Shown here: positions 1-10,545 of the stretch, one piece after another
How positions within the stretch are numbered: position 1 is the stretch's first letter
Layout of the letters: each line of letters begins with the position of its first letter
Source: Candidatus Zixiibacteriota bacterium
GTDB lineage: Bacteria > Zixibacteria > MSB-5A5 > GN15 > FEB-12
DNA: 64,000 bases
Direction: 5' to 3'
NCBI GenBank assembly: GCA_021163775.1
Contig: JAGGTI010000127.1
Location: 691-64,690 of the forward strand
The notes under the pieces: generated by a model
Database searches by the model: none
Told to the model about the DNA's origin: nothing
Seen by the model: only the letters and a program-made list of their open reading frames with translations
Position numbers and translations under genes: made by a program

Positions 1-537
1 ACAACTTTGTGAGTCTTTGGCAAGAGCAAGATGACCAAAACGTTTTACCAACTCCTTGTGATGATGCATGGCCTCAACAAGCTCTCCACTCACCTCAAGA
101 CCGATCGCCATCTCGTAGAGTTGTTGAGCCTCCCTTTGCGCCTTCCTATCGGGGTCAAGTAGCTCCCAATAGATGTCGGTTCTGTATTCCTTGACTTTCT
201 GTAGCACAAACCAGTGAAATATGCAGGGTATCCCACCGAGGAAACTACCGAGGACTACGTGCGCACGTATCATGTAGACAAACATATTGAATGTCGTTAG
301 CTCTCGTACAGCGAGAAATCGGTAATCAATAACGAGGGAGACTGGTCCAATAATCCATAAGGGGAGACTGAGAATAGTCAACTCCCAAGGGCCAAGTCCA
401 AACATCCCACTAGCCATCAGCGTTAGCAACGCTGTTGCTAGCGAAGAGTGAATAAAATACAGATAGCCTACGATACGCGTCTTTAGAGGGTATGGTGCTG
501 TTTTGCCAACTGAATCAGAAGGTTGTTCTACTACCAT
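1..537 (-). CDS. Hypothetical multi-pass membrane protein; the C-terminus runs off the window edge
   Basis: I translated the minus strand from the ATG at 537-535 to position 1 and found 179 codons with no stop. The ORF is missing from the track because it has no stop in the window. The product ([72 protein letters not shown]...) has several hydrophobic helices. No family was recognised. Confidence 0.4.
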   Translation of the reverse strand, partial: MVVEQPSDSVGKTAPYPLKTRIVGYLYFIHSSLATALLTLMASGMFGLGPWELTILSLPLWIIGPVSLVIDYRFLAVRELTTFNMFVYMIRAHVVLGSFLGGIPCIFHWFVLQKVKEYRTDIYWELLDPDRKAQREAQQLYEMAIGLEVSGELVEAMHHHKELVKRFGHLALAKDSQSC

Positions 538-571
538 ATTGTTAACCTTTCAACTTATTCCGGTGAGTGGC

Positions 572-790
572 TCAGCGTATCTCTTTGGCTATTACCGTAA
601 TCTCATTGTCATTTATGTTCCAGTCCCCGAATCCCAGCGTTTCCGAAATCGTCTTTGCCCACAACCCCTTGAAATCCAACCTCGTTGAGTCCGGTTTATG
701 GCGCAACTCGAATATCTGTTTGCAGTGTACATCCATACATAACTCCCGAATAGGCTCATCCATAATAGACTTGCACCTTGTACGCCTCAT
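572..790 (-). CDS. Small hypothetical protein (72 aa)
   Basis: The ORF lies 12 nt downstream of the GNAT gene on the same strand and fills the gap to the next gene. It has no recognisable motif and no clear RBS. Confidence 0.2.
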   Translation of the reverse strand: MRRTRCKSIMDEPIRELCMDVHCKQIFELRHKPDSTRLDFKGLWAKTISETLGFGDWNINDNEITVIAKEIR

Positions 791-802
791 ACTGATAAAT
801 CA

Positions 803-1363
803 TTATTCAATAAATAGCAACCTGGTTTTCTTGATACTCACTCCCCACTCCTCCCGCAAAATCGAGTACAACAACAAATCTCGCCAGCGGCCACGGTGTT
901 TGATCCGCTTACGCAACAACCCCTCCTGCTGGAACCCGCATTTCAACGGTCCCTGCGCGACCGCCATCACATACGCGTGTACCCGAACCAGCTTCAACTC
1001 CCGAAAAGCGAACCCAAGCGCCAGATTAACCGCCTCGTTCATGATGCCCTGACTTCGATACTTTTTCCACAGCCAGTACCCGGCTTCGCAGTTACGGTGT
1101 TTCTTGCTGACATTATCCAAGCCGACACAGCCAATTACCGAGCCATCGGCCGGTTCTTCGATCATCAGTGTGTAGCTGTTCCCTTTTTGCCACTGTTGAT
1201 GTGATTTCTTGATAAACTCGTGGGCGTTTTTCACACCGTACGGATGCGGGATAAACGTATTCCGGGCTATGGTGATGTCGTTGATCCGCGCCGCCAAAAC
1301 CTCGGCATCGGAACGCTTAATCCGCCGCAGGTTGATCCGGTTGCCCTCAATTCGCTCGATCAT
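803..1363 (-). CDS. GNAT family N-acetyltransferase (RimJ/RimL-like)
   Basis: The 186-aa product has the typical RimJ/RimL layout: LRRIKRSDAEVL, then IGCVGL, then an acetyl-CoA-binding-like segment WLWKKYRSQGIMNEAVNLALGFAF, then HAYVMAVAQGPLKCGFQQEGLLR. Confidence 0.8.
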   Translation of the reverse strand: MIERIEGNRINLRRIKRSDAEVLAARINDITIARNTFIPHPYGVKNAHEFIKKSHQQWQKGNSYTLMIEEPADGSVIGCVGLDNVSKKHRNCEAGYWLWKKYRSQGIMNEAVNLALGFAFRELKLVRVHAYVMAVAQGPLKCGFQQEGLLRKRIKHRGRWRDLLLYSILREEWGVSIKKTRLLFIE

Positions 1364-1474
1364 GAACTCACCTTATTGCGCAAGTTGTCGTCTGGCAACC
1401 AAAAACGACTATTTGACTCGCTGGGCTTGGCCAACTATATTCGCGGTTATGATAACGGTTGTAAGGAGATATGA

Positions 1475-3130
1475 ATGCCCCCGAAAGTTGTGAAAGCCGC
1501 TCGCGGTATGAAGATGTCCTGCAAGGGTTGGGCGCAGGAAGCCGCCCTTCGCATGCTCAACAATAATCTTGATCCGGAAGTCGCCGAAAACCCGCGCGAA
1601 CTGATAATCTATGGTGGATCCGGCCGCGCCGCGCGTAATTGGCCGGCGTACGAGGCAATTGTCAGATCGCTCAAAGCGCTTGGTAACGATGAGACGCTGT
1701 TAGTCCAATCAGGCAAACCGGTTGGTGTTTTCCGTACCCACGAGTACGCGCCGCGGGTTCTGATTGCCAACTCCAATTTGGTTCCTAAATGGGCGACTTG
1801 GGAGAATTTTCGAGATCTCGAAGACCGTGGCCTGACTATGTTTGGGCAGATGACGGCCGGAAGCTGGATTTATATCGGCACCCAAGGGATTATCCAGGGG
1901 ACGTACGAGACGTTTGCCGCAATCGCCGACCAGCATTTCAAAGGTGACCTGACCGGTAAGTGGATTCTCACCGGTGGCATGGGCGGTATGGGTTCAGCTC
2001 AACCTTTGGCCGCGACAATGGCTGGTGCTTCTACGATTGTCGTTGAAGTTGATGAATCTCATATAAATCGGCGGATCAAAATTGGTTTCTGCGATGTCAA
2101 AGTAAAGACACTCGATAAAGCGCTTCAATTAATCAAAGAACACACCAAATCGGGTGAGCCGATTTCAATCGGCCTGGTTGGCAACGCCGCTGAGATTTTC
2201 CCTGAAATATACCGTCGCGGTATCCTTCCGGATATTGTCACCGATCAGACTTCGGCCCATGACGAGCTAAATGGATATATTCCTGAAGGCTACACAGTGC
2301 AGGAGGCCAAACGGTTCCGCAAGAAAGACCCCAAAGGGTATATTGCTAAATCATACAAATCGATGGTCCGGCACTGTGATGCAATGGTCAAGTTCCTGAA
2401 AGCCGGCTCGATTGTCTTTGACTACGGTAACAATCTTCGCGGTCAGGCCGAAACTGGTGGATTAAAGACCGCTTTTTCGTATCCCGGTTTTGTGCCGGCC
2501 TATGTGCGTCCGCTTTTCTGTGAGGGACGGGGGCCGTTCCGCTGGGTGGCACTTTCGGGCGATCCGAAAGATATCGCGATCACTGACGAGATCATTCTAA
2601 AGAAGTTCAAGCACAACAAATCATTGGTGCGCTGGATTACCAAGGCACGCGAACTGGTCCCATTCCAAGGTTTGCCGGCGCGGGTTTGCTGGCTCGGTTA
2701 TGGTGAACGGGCCGAGTTTGGCGATATTATCAATACCTATATCAAGAAGGGCAAAATCTCGGCGCCGGTGGTGATTGGCCGTGACCATCTTGATTGTGGT
2801 TCGGTAGCGTCACCGTACCGAGAAACTGAAGATATGCTTGACGGTTCCGATGCTATCGCCGACTGGCCGTTACTCAACGGTCTGTTGAATTCCGTCTCAG
2901 GTGCGTCGTGGGTGTCGATTCATCACGGCGGCGGAGTTGGAATTGGTCTGGCGATTCATGCCGGGATGGTTATTGTGGCTGATGGTACCAAGGAGATGGC
3001 GATACGGCTCAACCGGGTGTTGACCAATGATCCGGGTATCGGTGTCGCTCGTCATGTCGATGCCGGCTACAAAGACGCCAAAGCGTTCGCCCGTAAGCAC
3101 AAAGTTAAGATTCCGATGAGTCAGAAATAA
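1475..3130 (+). CDS. hutU: Urocanate hydratase
   Basis: The 551-aa product has the NAD-binding [18 protein letters not shown] motif and urocanase-like sequence throughout. An AAGGAG RBS lies upstream, and hutI follows directly. Confidence 0.95.
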   Translation: MPPKVVKAARGMKMSCKGWAQEAALRMLNNNLDPEVAENPRELIIYGGSGRAARNWPAYEAIVRSLKALGNDETLLVQSGKPVGVFRTHEYAPRVLIANSNLVPKWATWENFRDLEDRGLTMFGQMTAGSWIYIGTQGIIQGTYETFAAIADQHFKGDLTGKWILTGGMGGMGSAQPLAATMAGASTIVVEVDESHINRRIKIGFCDVKVKTLDKALQLIKEHTKSGEPISIGLVGNAAEIFPEIYRRGILPDIVTDQTSAHDELNGYIPEGYTVQEAKRFRKKDPKGYIAKSYKSMVRHCDAMVKFLKAGSIVFDYGNNLRGQAETGGLKTAFSYPGFVPAYVRPLFCEGRGPFRWVALSGDPKDIAITDEIILKKFKHNKSLVRWITKARELVPFQGLPARVCWLGYGERAEFGDIINTYIKKGKISAPVVIGRDHLDCGSVASPYRETEDMLDGSDAIADWPLLNGLLNSVSGASWVSIHHGGGVGIGLAIHAGMVIVADGTKEMAIRLNRVLTNDPGIGVARHVDAGYKDAKAFARKHKVKIPMSQK

Positions 3131-3141
3131 GGCGACTGTCA

Positions 3142-4404
3142 ATGGCCCGTGAGAAGAAAGCAACTCTGTTGATCAAGAACATCGGTCAGCTAATCACCAT
3201 GGAGGGACCGACTCCCCGACTCAGATCCGACATGGATAATCTTGGGCTGATCGAAAACGGCGGCCTGGCGGTGTCCGGGGAAGAAATCCTGGCGGTCGGG
3301 ACTTCGGATGAGATTGAAGGGAAAGTGCCTCTCGCCCAGGGTTGCACCGTTATTGATGCTGGTGGAGCGGTTGTAACACCTGGTCTAATCGATGCGCACA
3401 CCCATCCGGTGTTCGCCAAAACCCGCGAGCGCGAGTTCGAAATGCGCGCCCAGGGTAAGTCATACATGGAGATTGCCGAGAGTGGCGGAGGAATTCGCTC
3501 ATCGGTGCGGGATCTTCGCGCCGCCGATCGCGAGCAATTGAAGAAACGAACCAGGGGCTGTCTCAATCGGATGCTTGCGCATGGTACCACAACTATCGAA
3601 GCCAAATCGGGTTATGGTTTATCAACTGAGGCTGAAATCAAGTCACTCAAAGTTATCCGCGATCTGAATCTGGAGCATCCGATTGAACTGGTGCCAACAT
3701 TTCTGGGCGCACATGAAGTCCCCGATGAGTACCGCGATAACCGCGAAGAGTATATACGGATAGTTATCGAGGAGATGATTCCCCAGGTAGTCGAAAAAGG
3801 CCTGGCGGAGTATTGCGACATTTTCTGCGAAGAGGGTGTGTTCAACGTTGATGAATCAAGACGGATCATGCAGGCCGCTCTTGATGCCGGACTTCGACTC
3901 AGATTCCACGCCGACGAACTGGGCTCATCCGGTGGAGCCGAACTGGCCGCGTCGATGCAGGCAGTTACAGTTGATCACATTGTCTACGTTTCGGAGGCTG
4001 GTATCAAAGCACTGGCGAAAACCGGTACGGTGGCGGTTCTCCTTCCGGGGACAACTTTTTCGCTGGGTGGAAAGAAATACGCTCCAGCTCGGGACATGAT
4101 CGACGCGGGCGTCACGGTGGCGCTATCGACTGATTGCAACCCCGGTTCCAGCTACACCGAATCGCTGGGTATTGTTGTCTCGCTGGCCGTGCTTCAGATG
4201 AAAATGACCGCCGCCGAGGCGATTAGCGCTATTACGGTTAACGCCGCTTGTGCGGTCGAGCGAGCCGACACTATTGGCCAGTTAACCCCCGGTTTTCAGG
4301 CCGATATTGTGATTTGGGACATGCAAAATTATCGTGAATTGCCCTATCATTACGGTGTTAATCTGGTTACCAATGTGATCAAGAAGGGCAAAGTTGTGGT
4401 TTGA
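3142..4404 (+). CDS. hutI: Imidazolonepropionase
   Basis: The 420-aa amidohydrolase has the metal motif GLIDAHTHPVF and the later HADEL and STDCNPGSS motifs typical of HutI. It lies 11 nt after hutU. Confidence 0.93.
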   Translation: MAREKKATLLIKNIGQLITMEGPTPRLRSDMDNLGLIENGGLAVSGEEILAVGTSDEIEGKVPLAQGCTVIDAGGAVVTPGLIDAHTHPVFAKTREREFEMRAQGKSYMEIAESGGGIRSSVRDLRAADREQLKKRTRGCLNRMLAHGTTTIEAKSGYGLSTEAEIKSLKVIRDLNLEHPIELVPTFLGAHEVPDEYRDNREEYIRIVIEEMIPQVVEKGLAEYCDIFCEEGVFNVDESRRIMQAALDAGLRLRFHADELGSSGGAELAASMQAVTVDHIVYVSEAGIKALAKTGTVAVLLPGTTFSLGGKKYAPARDMIDAGVTVALSTDCNPGSSYTESLGIVVSLAVLQMKMTAAEAISAITVNAACAVERADTIGQLTPGFQADIVIWDMQNYRELPYHYGVNLVTNVIKKGKVVV

Positions 4405-4450
4405 TTATTTCAAGGAACCGCGCCACAATCCAGGGGTCTAAGAAGTAACA

Positions 4451-4960
4451 ATGTTTCGCCGCTTGAATACAATTCGATTTGCTGGTGTGGCTGGGCTGGT
4501 TTGTCTGGCTATAGCTCTCTCAGGTTGTGGGGTGTACACGTTTAACCCTCGTGGTAAGTCGACTATCTCGACTATTGCCGTTGAGCCTTTTGAGAACCAG
4601 ACCTCGCAGTATGGTCTGGCGGATCAGATGACCGAAACTGTGATTGATGCTTTTATTGCCGATGGTAGTATGAAAGTAGTTGCGGTTGATGTTGCCGATG
4701 CAACCCTGATTGGAACCCTGACCCGCTACGAACGGCTGGCTCAGGAGTTTGACGAATCTGACCAGGTGACTCAGTATAAGGTTCAGATCGGTTTCAACGT
4801 GACGTTGAAGAACACGGCCGACCAGAGCGATATCTGGACTATACAGCTCACCCTTGACGGAATTTACGACGCCGACGAGGAAACCGAAGAAAATGGCCAG
4901 CGGCTTGTAGGTGAGCAGTTGGTCGAAGCAGTGCTTAACAAAACGACCAAGTCGTGGTAG
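4451..4960 (+). CDS. LptE-like LPS-assembly lipoprotein (putative)
   Basis: The 169-aa product has a signal peptide with lipobox LSGC, followed by GVYTFNPRGKS...IAVEPFENQT. This resembles Bacteroidota-type LptE N-termini. Confidence 0.5.
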   Translation: MFRRLNTIRFAGVAGLVCLAIALSGCGVYTFNPRGKSTISTIAVEPFENQTSQYGLADQMTETVIDAFIADGSMKVVAVDVADATLIGTLTRYERLAQEFDESDQVTQYKVQIGFNVTLKNTADQSDIWTIQLTLDGIYDADEETEENGQRLVGEQLVEAVLNKTTKSW

Positions 4961-5030
4961 GTTGGTGTGAGTAAAATGTTTGCTACCGACCAACAGAATT
5001 GATATTTTTGGACTGGAGTTCAAACTAAAC

Positions 5031-5987
5031 ATGCGAAAACTGATGCTCATACAAGTTACCCTGATCGCTTCATGCCTTGTTCTGTTCACGGCCGTCACCA
5101 GCCTTGGACAGGATATTAACTCTGGAGCTGGGACCAGTGGTTTCTCCTTTTTGAAAATAAATGTTGGTGGCCGAGCTGTTGCTATGGGTGGTGCCTACAC
5201 CGGTTTGGCTGATGACGAAGCGGCGCTCTATTACAATCCGGCGGGGATCGCTACCATTGAAGATCCCCGGTTTATTGCTGAATATCACAATTACTTCGTC
5301 GGCCTGCAGTCGGGATTCGCCGGGTACATAAAACCGCTCGGTCTTGACCGGACAGTCGCCATTCATATTACCTACCTGAACTATGGCGAGTTCACTCAAA
5401 CTGACCAGTCGGGTAATATCGAAGGTACTTTCGGTGGTGGTGATATCATGCTGGCTGGGACTTACGCTATGCGCCGCAGTCAGCAGTTTATGCTGGGTGT
5501 CACCGCAAAGTTGATCTACGAAAGTATTCAAGACTACTCAGCGGCCGCGTTGGCATTTGATCTTGGTCTGCGCTACACTTCTAATCGTGGGCGTCATGCG
5601 GTTGGACTACAGCTACAGAATCTGGGTGCCCAGCTTTCGTCGTTGGGTGAGAGTGAAAAAGATGGCTTGCCGACAGTGTTCAGATTGGGGGCTTCATCGC
5701 GACCACGTGGGCTGAATTCGGTGGTGGTGGCTGATATTATTTTGCCGATGGACAACGATGTACAGCTTGCTGTTGGTGCGGAGTATTTTGAATTCAAACC
5801 ACTCTATCTGAGAATGGGCTGGAACAGTATCGGATCCAATCTGAGATCGGAATATTCCGACAACGGTCTGACCGGCCTGACATTTGGTATGGGGTTGGAT
5901 TATAAATCAATGCAGTTTTCATATGCCTACTCACCCGCGGCTGATCTGGGTGACTCTCATCGTGTAACTATTACCGGGAGTATTTAA
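5031..5987 (+). CDS. PorV/PorQ family outer-membrane beta-barrel protein (paralog 1)
   Basis: I prefer the ATG at 5031 (MRKLMLIQVTLIASCLVLFTAVTSLGQD signal peptide) over the TTG at 4980 used in the track. The N-terminal family signature is FLKINVGGRAVAMGGAYTGLADDEAALYYNPAGIA. The rest shows alternating beta-strand character. Confidence 0.65.
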   Translation: MRKLMLIQVTLIASCLVLFTAVTSLGQDINSGAGTSGFSFLKINVGGRAVAMGGAYTGLADDEAALYYNPAGIATIEDPRFIAEYHNYFVGLQSGFAGYIKPLGLDRTVAIHITYLNYGEFTQTDQSGNIEGTFGGGDIMLAGTYAMRRSQQFMLGVTAKLIYESIQDYSAAALAFDLGLRYTSNRGRHAVGLQLQNLGAQLSSLGESEKDGLPTVFRLGASSRPRGLNSVVVADIILPMDNDVQLAVGAEYFEFKPLYLRMGWNSIGSNLRSEYSDNGLTGLTFGMGLDYKSMQFSYAYSPAADLGDSHRVTITGSI

Positions 5988-5990
5988 GCT

Positions 5991-6452
5991 ATGTGGAGTA
6001 GACTCTGTTTTGTATTTCTGATTGTGGTCGTCGCTATTGGGGCGATGTTGTTGACCGCTTGTGGTGGCTCAGATCTGAGTGACCCGCGTCAAACCGTGAT
6101 TTCGTTATTTGGGGCGATGGAGAAAGACGATGAGGCCGCCTTGACTCATCTGCTCGACCTGCCGGAACTGATGCGCCAGAGTCAGGAAGACTACGCTGTC
6201 CAGCGCGATGAAGCCCGGGTGTTCACCAATCCGGAACAGGTACTAAAAGACCTGACCGGCGATGGCGAAACCAAGAAAATCTGGTTTGCACATCAGCGTA
6301 TCGTAGCCAACGCCGAGATCATAGGCGAGACCGCGACGGTCGAAGTGACTTTTGTCGATAAAGAAGCTTCGCGTGGCTATCGCACCAAGTTCGGTTTACA
6401 CCTCAAGAACGGTGAGTGGCGGATTTTTTCGTTCAAGACGTTTACCGAGTAA
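5991..6452 (+). CDS. Small lipoprotein, NTF2/DUF4878-like fold suspected
   Basis: The 153-aa product has lipobox LLTAC followed by GGSD. It starts 3 nt after the PorV-like gene. The family assignment is uncertain. Confidence 0.45.
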   Translation: MWSRLCFVFLIVVVAIGAMLLTACGGSDLSDPRQTVISLFGAMEKDDEAALTHLLDLPELMRQSQEDYAVQRDEARVFTNPEQVLKDLTGDGETKKIWFAHQRIVANAEIIGETATVEVTFVDKEASRGYRTKFGLHLKNGEWRIFSFKTFTE

Positions 6453-6471
6453 ACCGGTTGCCTGACAGCCC

Positions 6472-7443
6472 TCAGTTTTTTGATACCCGACCCAGAATTT
6501 CGACCAGTCGCATAAGAATAGCTGGGTCGAATTTCTCTTTTGCCTGTTTCATCTCTGATAGTGCCTCAAAGGGTGTCGCTGGTGTTTGTCTGTCAGCACC
6601 GTTTACACGTTCATCGTAGTAATCGCATATTGCCACAATACGTCCCGCGTGGCTGATTTCGGCGTCTTTTAATTTGGCCGGGAATCCGGAGCCATCTAAT
6701 CGCTCGCGATGTTCAGCTACCGCCAGTAACGCGCCGGGAGGAACCAGCTCGGTTCGTTTGAGCATATCTCGGCCCACTTGAGGGTACTGTTCCATCCGAG
6801 GGTCATTGCGGAGTTTACAGCTCTCCGGTTGATAGTAGTAATCGCGATCAAGCTGGGACTTGCCAATTTCGTGTAACAACGCTCCAATGCCTAACTCGTG
6901 CAGTTGATCGGCACCGGCCACCGAGCAATCCATACCCAACACTAAGGCCAGATTTGCTACGCTGACCGCATGAGCGATCGGAAACGGTGCCTGAGCACGA
7001 TTGGTAACCATTGTGTTACGGGCCTTGTCACCGATAAATGCTAACCGGACATGGTTACGACATTGACTCACTACGCCACTGACTTCCTCGGATGACATTG
7101 GATTGTCCAGCATCCGCCCCAGAATATTCACCGAAGTTTCGGATAGGATCTCAAGTTTTTCTTCGAGTGGTACCGATTCATCTTTCAACAGACGGGGGAG
7201 ACGTCGCCGGGTGTGGTCATAAAAGAGGTTCCTTTGTGATTCCGGTACATATAGTTTGTTGCAACCGCTCTCGATGAGTTGTTGGAGATCATCGCGGGTA
7301 AACGGGTAGTCGCGGCTACGATAGAGAGTAATCTGTCCACCGGTTGATCGGTAAAGATCAAAGGATAGGATTTGATCGACTGAGAAAGCGGTCGGTCGGA
7401 CGGCCATGTACGATTCTTGTTTTGGGGGGGCTGTATTGTTCAA
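6472..7443 (-). CDS. HD-GYP domain phosphohydrolase (putative c-di-GMP phosphodiesterase)
   Basis: The product carries HEIGK and EHRERLDGSGFP motifs. This is an HD-GYP signature with GFP in place of GYP. Confidence 0.8.
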   Translation of the reverse strand: MNNTAPPKQESYMAVRPTAFSVDQILSFDLYRSTGGQITLYRSRDYPFTRDDLQQLIESGCNKLYVPESQRNLFYDHTRRRLPRLLKDESVPLEEKLEILSETSVNILGRMLDNPMSSEEVSGVVSQCRNHVRLAFIGDKARNTMVTNRAQAPFPIAHAVSVANLALVLGMDCSVAGADQLHELGIGALLHEIGKSQLDRDYYYQPESCKLRNDPRMEQYPQVGRDMLKRTELVPPGALLAVAEHRERLDGSGFPAKLKDAEISHAGRIVAICDYYDERVNGADRQTPATPFEALSEMKQAKEKFDPAILMRLVEILGRVSKN

Positions 7444-7588
7444 TTCAAGTCTCCTGTACGTGGAGCCACTTTAATGGCTTATCTGGTCCGTTCTTGTACG
7501 AACCGCGTAGTAATACAGATAGTTTCGGACCTTTTGCCGTGGTCTTTATGTTGAAAATCTGACCACCGATCAACGGCCAGACCTACTA

Positions 7589-7617
7589 TTGACATCGCTG
7601 ACTGAAAGGCATAGACT
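7589..7617 (+). promoter_or_regulatory. Candidate sigma-70 promoter for aspS
   Basis: TTGACA (7589-7594), a 17-nt spacer, then TAGACT (7612-7617), about 90 nt upstream of the aspS start. Confidence 0.3.
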
Positions 7618-7704
7618 TACGGTGAAAGGATTGATTTGCCCGGACTCTCAATGTTAGGATGGAAGGGCCGATAAATCTATAATTAGCAGGAAGTTAAGAT
7701 TATT

Positions 7705-9531
7705 TTGACAGTTCCGTATTCTAAATTGAAAAGAACCCACAATTGTGGGCAGATTCGGGCGGCAAACGCCTCCGAAAAAGTGTGTCTGAATGGCTGGGTT
7801 GATGGCTATCGCCATCTCGGTGGTTTATTGTTTATTGATATCCGTGACCGCTACGGTTTGACACAGGTTCTGATTGATCCCCAGACTTTCAATTCTGAGA
7901 TGTTGGTCGAGGCTGAACGTGCGCGCCACGAATTCGTAGTGGCCGCTATTGGTATGGTTAGACTCCGACCGGAAGGCACGATCAACCCCAAGATGCCGAC
8001 CGGTGAAATCGAGATTGTCTGCGATGAATTTCATATTATTTCAGAGTCATTGACGCCGCCGTTTGAGATCGAAGATGAAACCAACGCCAGAGAATTGCTC
8101 CGGTTGGAATACCGGTATCTTGACCTGCGTCGCAAACCAATGCAGGAGGCTATCAGGGTACGCCATCAGGTAACTCGGGTGATCCGGGAATACATGAGCG
8201 ATGCCGATTTCTATGAGATCGAAACACCCCTGCTGATACGGTCTACCCCCGAAGGTGCTCGCGACTACGTTGTCCCCAGTCGGGTGTCGCGGGGTAAGTT
8301 TTACGCCCTGCCACAGTCACCGCAGTTGCTCAAACAGATTCTGATGATCTCCGGTTTTGATAAGTATTTCCAGATTGCCCGTTGTCTGCGCGATGAAGAT
8401 CTTCGCTCTGATCGCCAACCGGAGCATACTCAACTCGATATGGAAATGTCGTTTGTCACGCCGGAAGATGTCTGGGTTGTGATTGAAGGTCTGATGACCA
8501 AATTGTTCGATCAGGTGTTGGGTGTGACAGTCGAAACGCCATTCCCGCGGTTCGACTATGAAGAAGTGATGAATCGCTGGGGAATCGACAAACCTGACCT
8601 CCGTTTCGGGATGGAAATTGTCGACTTATCGGATATTGTAGCCGATTGTGATTTTAAGGTCTTTGCCGACAACGTCAAATCGGGCGGTGTAGTCAAAGGA
8701 ATCGTACTTGAAGGTGGCGGTTCATATTCTCGTAAGCAGATTGACGGTTTGACCTCGATCGCCAAAGAACACGGAGCTGGTGGGTTGGCCTATATTCTGA
8801 GGGCCGAAAGCGGTGATAAGTCACCAATTATCAAATTTCTCGGCGAAACCGTTAAAGACAAACTGATCGAAACAGCCGGTGTCAAGCCGGGTGACGCTCT
8901 GTTTATTATCTCGGATCGCAGGCTTAAAACCGAATCAATTATAGGTCAACTCCGGTTGCATCTGGGGCGTGAGCACGGTTTGATTCGTGCGGGTGAATAC
9001 CGTTTCCTCTGGGTGAACAATTTCCCGTTGTTTGAGTACGATGAAGACCACGGTGGGTTTACAGCGATGCACAATATCGTATCGCACCCGATAGAAGAAG
9101 ATATGCCCTTGATTGATGCCGGTTTCAAATCCGACCTGCTCGGAACTGATCCTGATCATCCCTGGCGTCGTGCTCGTGCCGACCAGTATGATTTGGTAAT
9201 CAACGGTTGGGAGATCGGCTCAGGTGGTCAGCGGATCAATCACCGCGAATTGCAGGAGCAGATGCTCGATATTCTTGGTTTCGACCGGGAACGAGCCAAT
9301 CGGATGTTCGGTTTTCTACTCAAGGCACTGCAATATGGGGCACCGCCACACGCTGGTGTTGCGCTGGGGCTGGATCGTCTGGTTTCGCTGATGTGTGGTC
9401 TGAACTCTATTCGTGATGTAATCGCTTTTCCGAAAACCACCAATGCTTCTTCGCTTATGGATGAGGCTCCGTCGTATCTCGATCCGGAACAGCTTGACGA
9501 GCTGGGTTTAACTATCAGGGATGCTGATTGA
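7705..9531 (+). CDS. aspS: Aspartate--tRNA ligase
   Basis: The 608-aa class II aaRS has an N-terminal OB anticodon-binding domain, FYALPQSPQLLKQ (motif 1 region), the QIARCLRDEDLRSDRQPEHTQLDME motif and a C-terminal GLDRLV motif. Confidence 0.95.
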   Translation: MTVPYSKLKRTHNCGQIRAANASEKVCLNGWVDGYRHLGGLLFIDIRDRYGLTQVLIDPQTFNSEMLVEAERARHEFVVAAIGMVRLRPEGTINPKMPTGEIEIVCDEFHIISESLTPPFEIEDETNARELLRLEYRYLDLRRKPMQEAIRVRHQVTRVIREYMSDADFYEIETPLLIRSTPEGARDYVVPSRVSRGKFYALPQSPQLLKQILMISGFDKYFQIARCLRDEDLRSDRQPEHTQLDMEMSFVTPEDVWVVIEGLMTKLFDQVLGVTVETPFPRFDYEEVMNRWGIDKPDLRFGMEIVDLSDIVADCDFKVFADNVKSGGVVKGIVLEGGGSYSRKQIDGLTSIAKEHGAGGLAYILRAESGDKSPIIKFLGETVKDKLIETAGVKPGDALFIISDRRLKTESIIGQLRLHLGREHGLIRAGEYRFLWVNNFPLFEYDEDHGGFTAMHNIVSHPIEEDMPLIDAGFKSDLLGTDPDHPWRRARADQYDLVINGWEIGSGGQRINHRELQEQMLDILGFDRERANRMFGFLLKALQYGAPPHAGVALGLDRLVSLMCGLNSIRDVIAFPKTTNASSLMDEAPSYLDPEQLDELGLTIRDAD

Positions 9532-10524
9532 GTGAGTTTTATGGATGATGAAGTAACAGACAAGATCAACGCGGTATTTGATGTCGAAGGCGTTGACCAG
9601 CGTATGTTGTTTGGTCAGAATGATGTTTTCTTACGGATTATCGAGAATCACTTTTTGGTAAAAATTATCGCTCGCAATGATCGGATCGGACTTGAAGGTG
9701 ATCAGGGTGAGGTGACTATGGTTACCCGTCTGTTACAGGATCTCACTACCAGGGTAAAACTTGGCGACCCGATAACTGAACAGTATGTCAACTATGCTAT
9801 TGCGATGGTGCGTGAGAACGGGCGAGGACCAGCTGACGAAATTTCAACTGAAGCTCTACTCACCAGCGCACTAAAGAAAGTCATCAAACCGAAAACAGTT
9901 GGTCAAACAAAGTACGTTCAGGCTATTAACGATAATGATATCGTTTTTGCTATCGGGCCGGCCGGTACTGGCAAGACCTATCTGGCTTGTGCGGCGGCGG
10001 TCGCGGAATTGAAAGCCAAGCGGGTCAACCGGATCGTCTTTACTCGTCCGGCAGTAGAGGCTGGAGAATCTCTTGGTTTTCTGCCGGGGGATGTTCGGGC
10101 CAAGGTCGACCCTTACTTGCGTCCGGTCTACGATGCCCTTTACGACATGTTGCAACCAGACAAGATTCGAAACCTGCTTGAGTTAGGGGTAATCGAGATT
10201 GCACCGTTGGCTTTTATGCGGGGGCGGACCCTCAACGAGGCGTTTGTTGTGCTTGATGAAGCTCAAAACAGCACTCATGCCCAGATGAAAATGTTTCTCA
10301 CGCGTATTGGCGAGGAGTCTAAAGCGGTGATTACGGGCGATATCACTCAGATCGACTTGCCCAACCCAAAGGATTCGGGATTGGTCAAAGTACAGAAGGT
10401 TCTTAGGCGTATACCCGGTATTGAGTTTCTATACTTGACCGATAAAGATGTAGTGAGACATCATTTGGTACAAAAGATAATTAAAGCGTACGAGAAGTAC
10501 GAGAATCCCAGGCGAAAGGGCTAA
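9532..10524 (+). CDS. phoH: PhoH-like ATPase (YbeZ)
   Basis: The product has Walker A GPAGTGKTYLA and Walker B VVLDEAQN. It occupies the conserved phoH / 7TM-HD / ybeY / corC gene order. Confidence 0.9.
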   Translation: MSFMDDEVTDKINAVFDVEGVDQRMLFGQNDVFLRIIENHFLVKIIARNDRIGLEGDQGEVTMVTRLLQDLTTRVKLGDPITEQYVNYAIAMVRENGRGPADEISTEALLTSALKKVIKPKTVGQTKYVQAINDNDIVFAIGPAGTGKTYLACAAAVAELKAKRVNRIVFTRPAVEAGESLGFLPGDVRAKVDPYLRPVYDALYDMLQPDKIRNLLELGVIEIAPLAFMRGRTLNEAFVVLDEAQNSTHAQMKMFLTRIGEESKAVITGDITQIDLPNPKDSGLVKVQKVLRRIPGIEFLYLTDKDVVRHHLVQKIIKAYEKYENPRRKG

Positions 10525-10545
10525 GGCGACAAGGACGTTCGCCGT

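Noticed and set aside
4520-5098. A 192-aa minus-strand ORF spanning the LptE-like gene
   Set aside because: It is antisense to a lipoprotein gene with a clear signal peptide and lipobox, and it crosses an intergenic gap. No motif was found.
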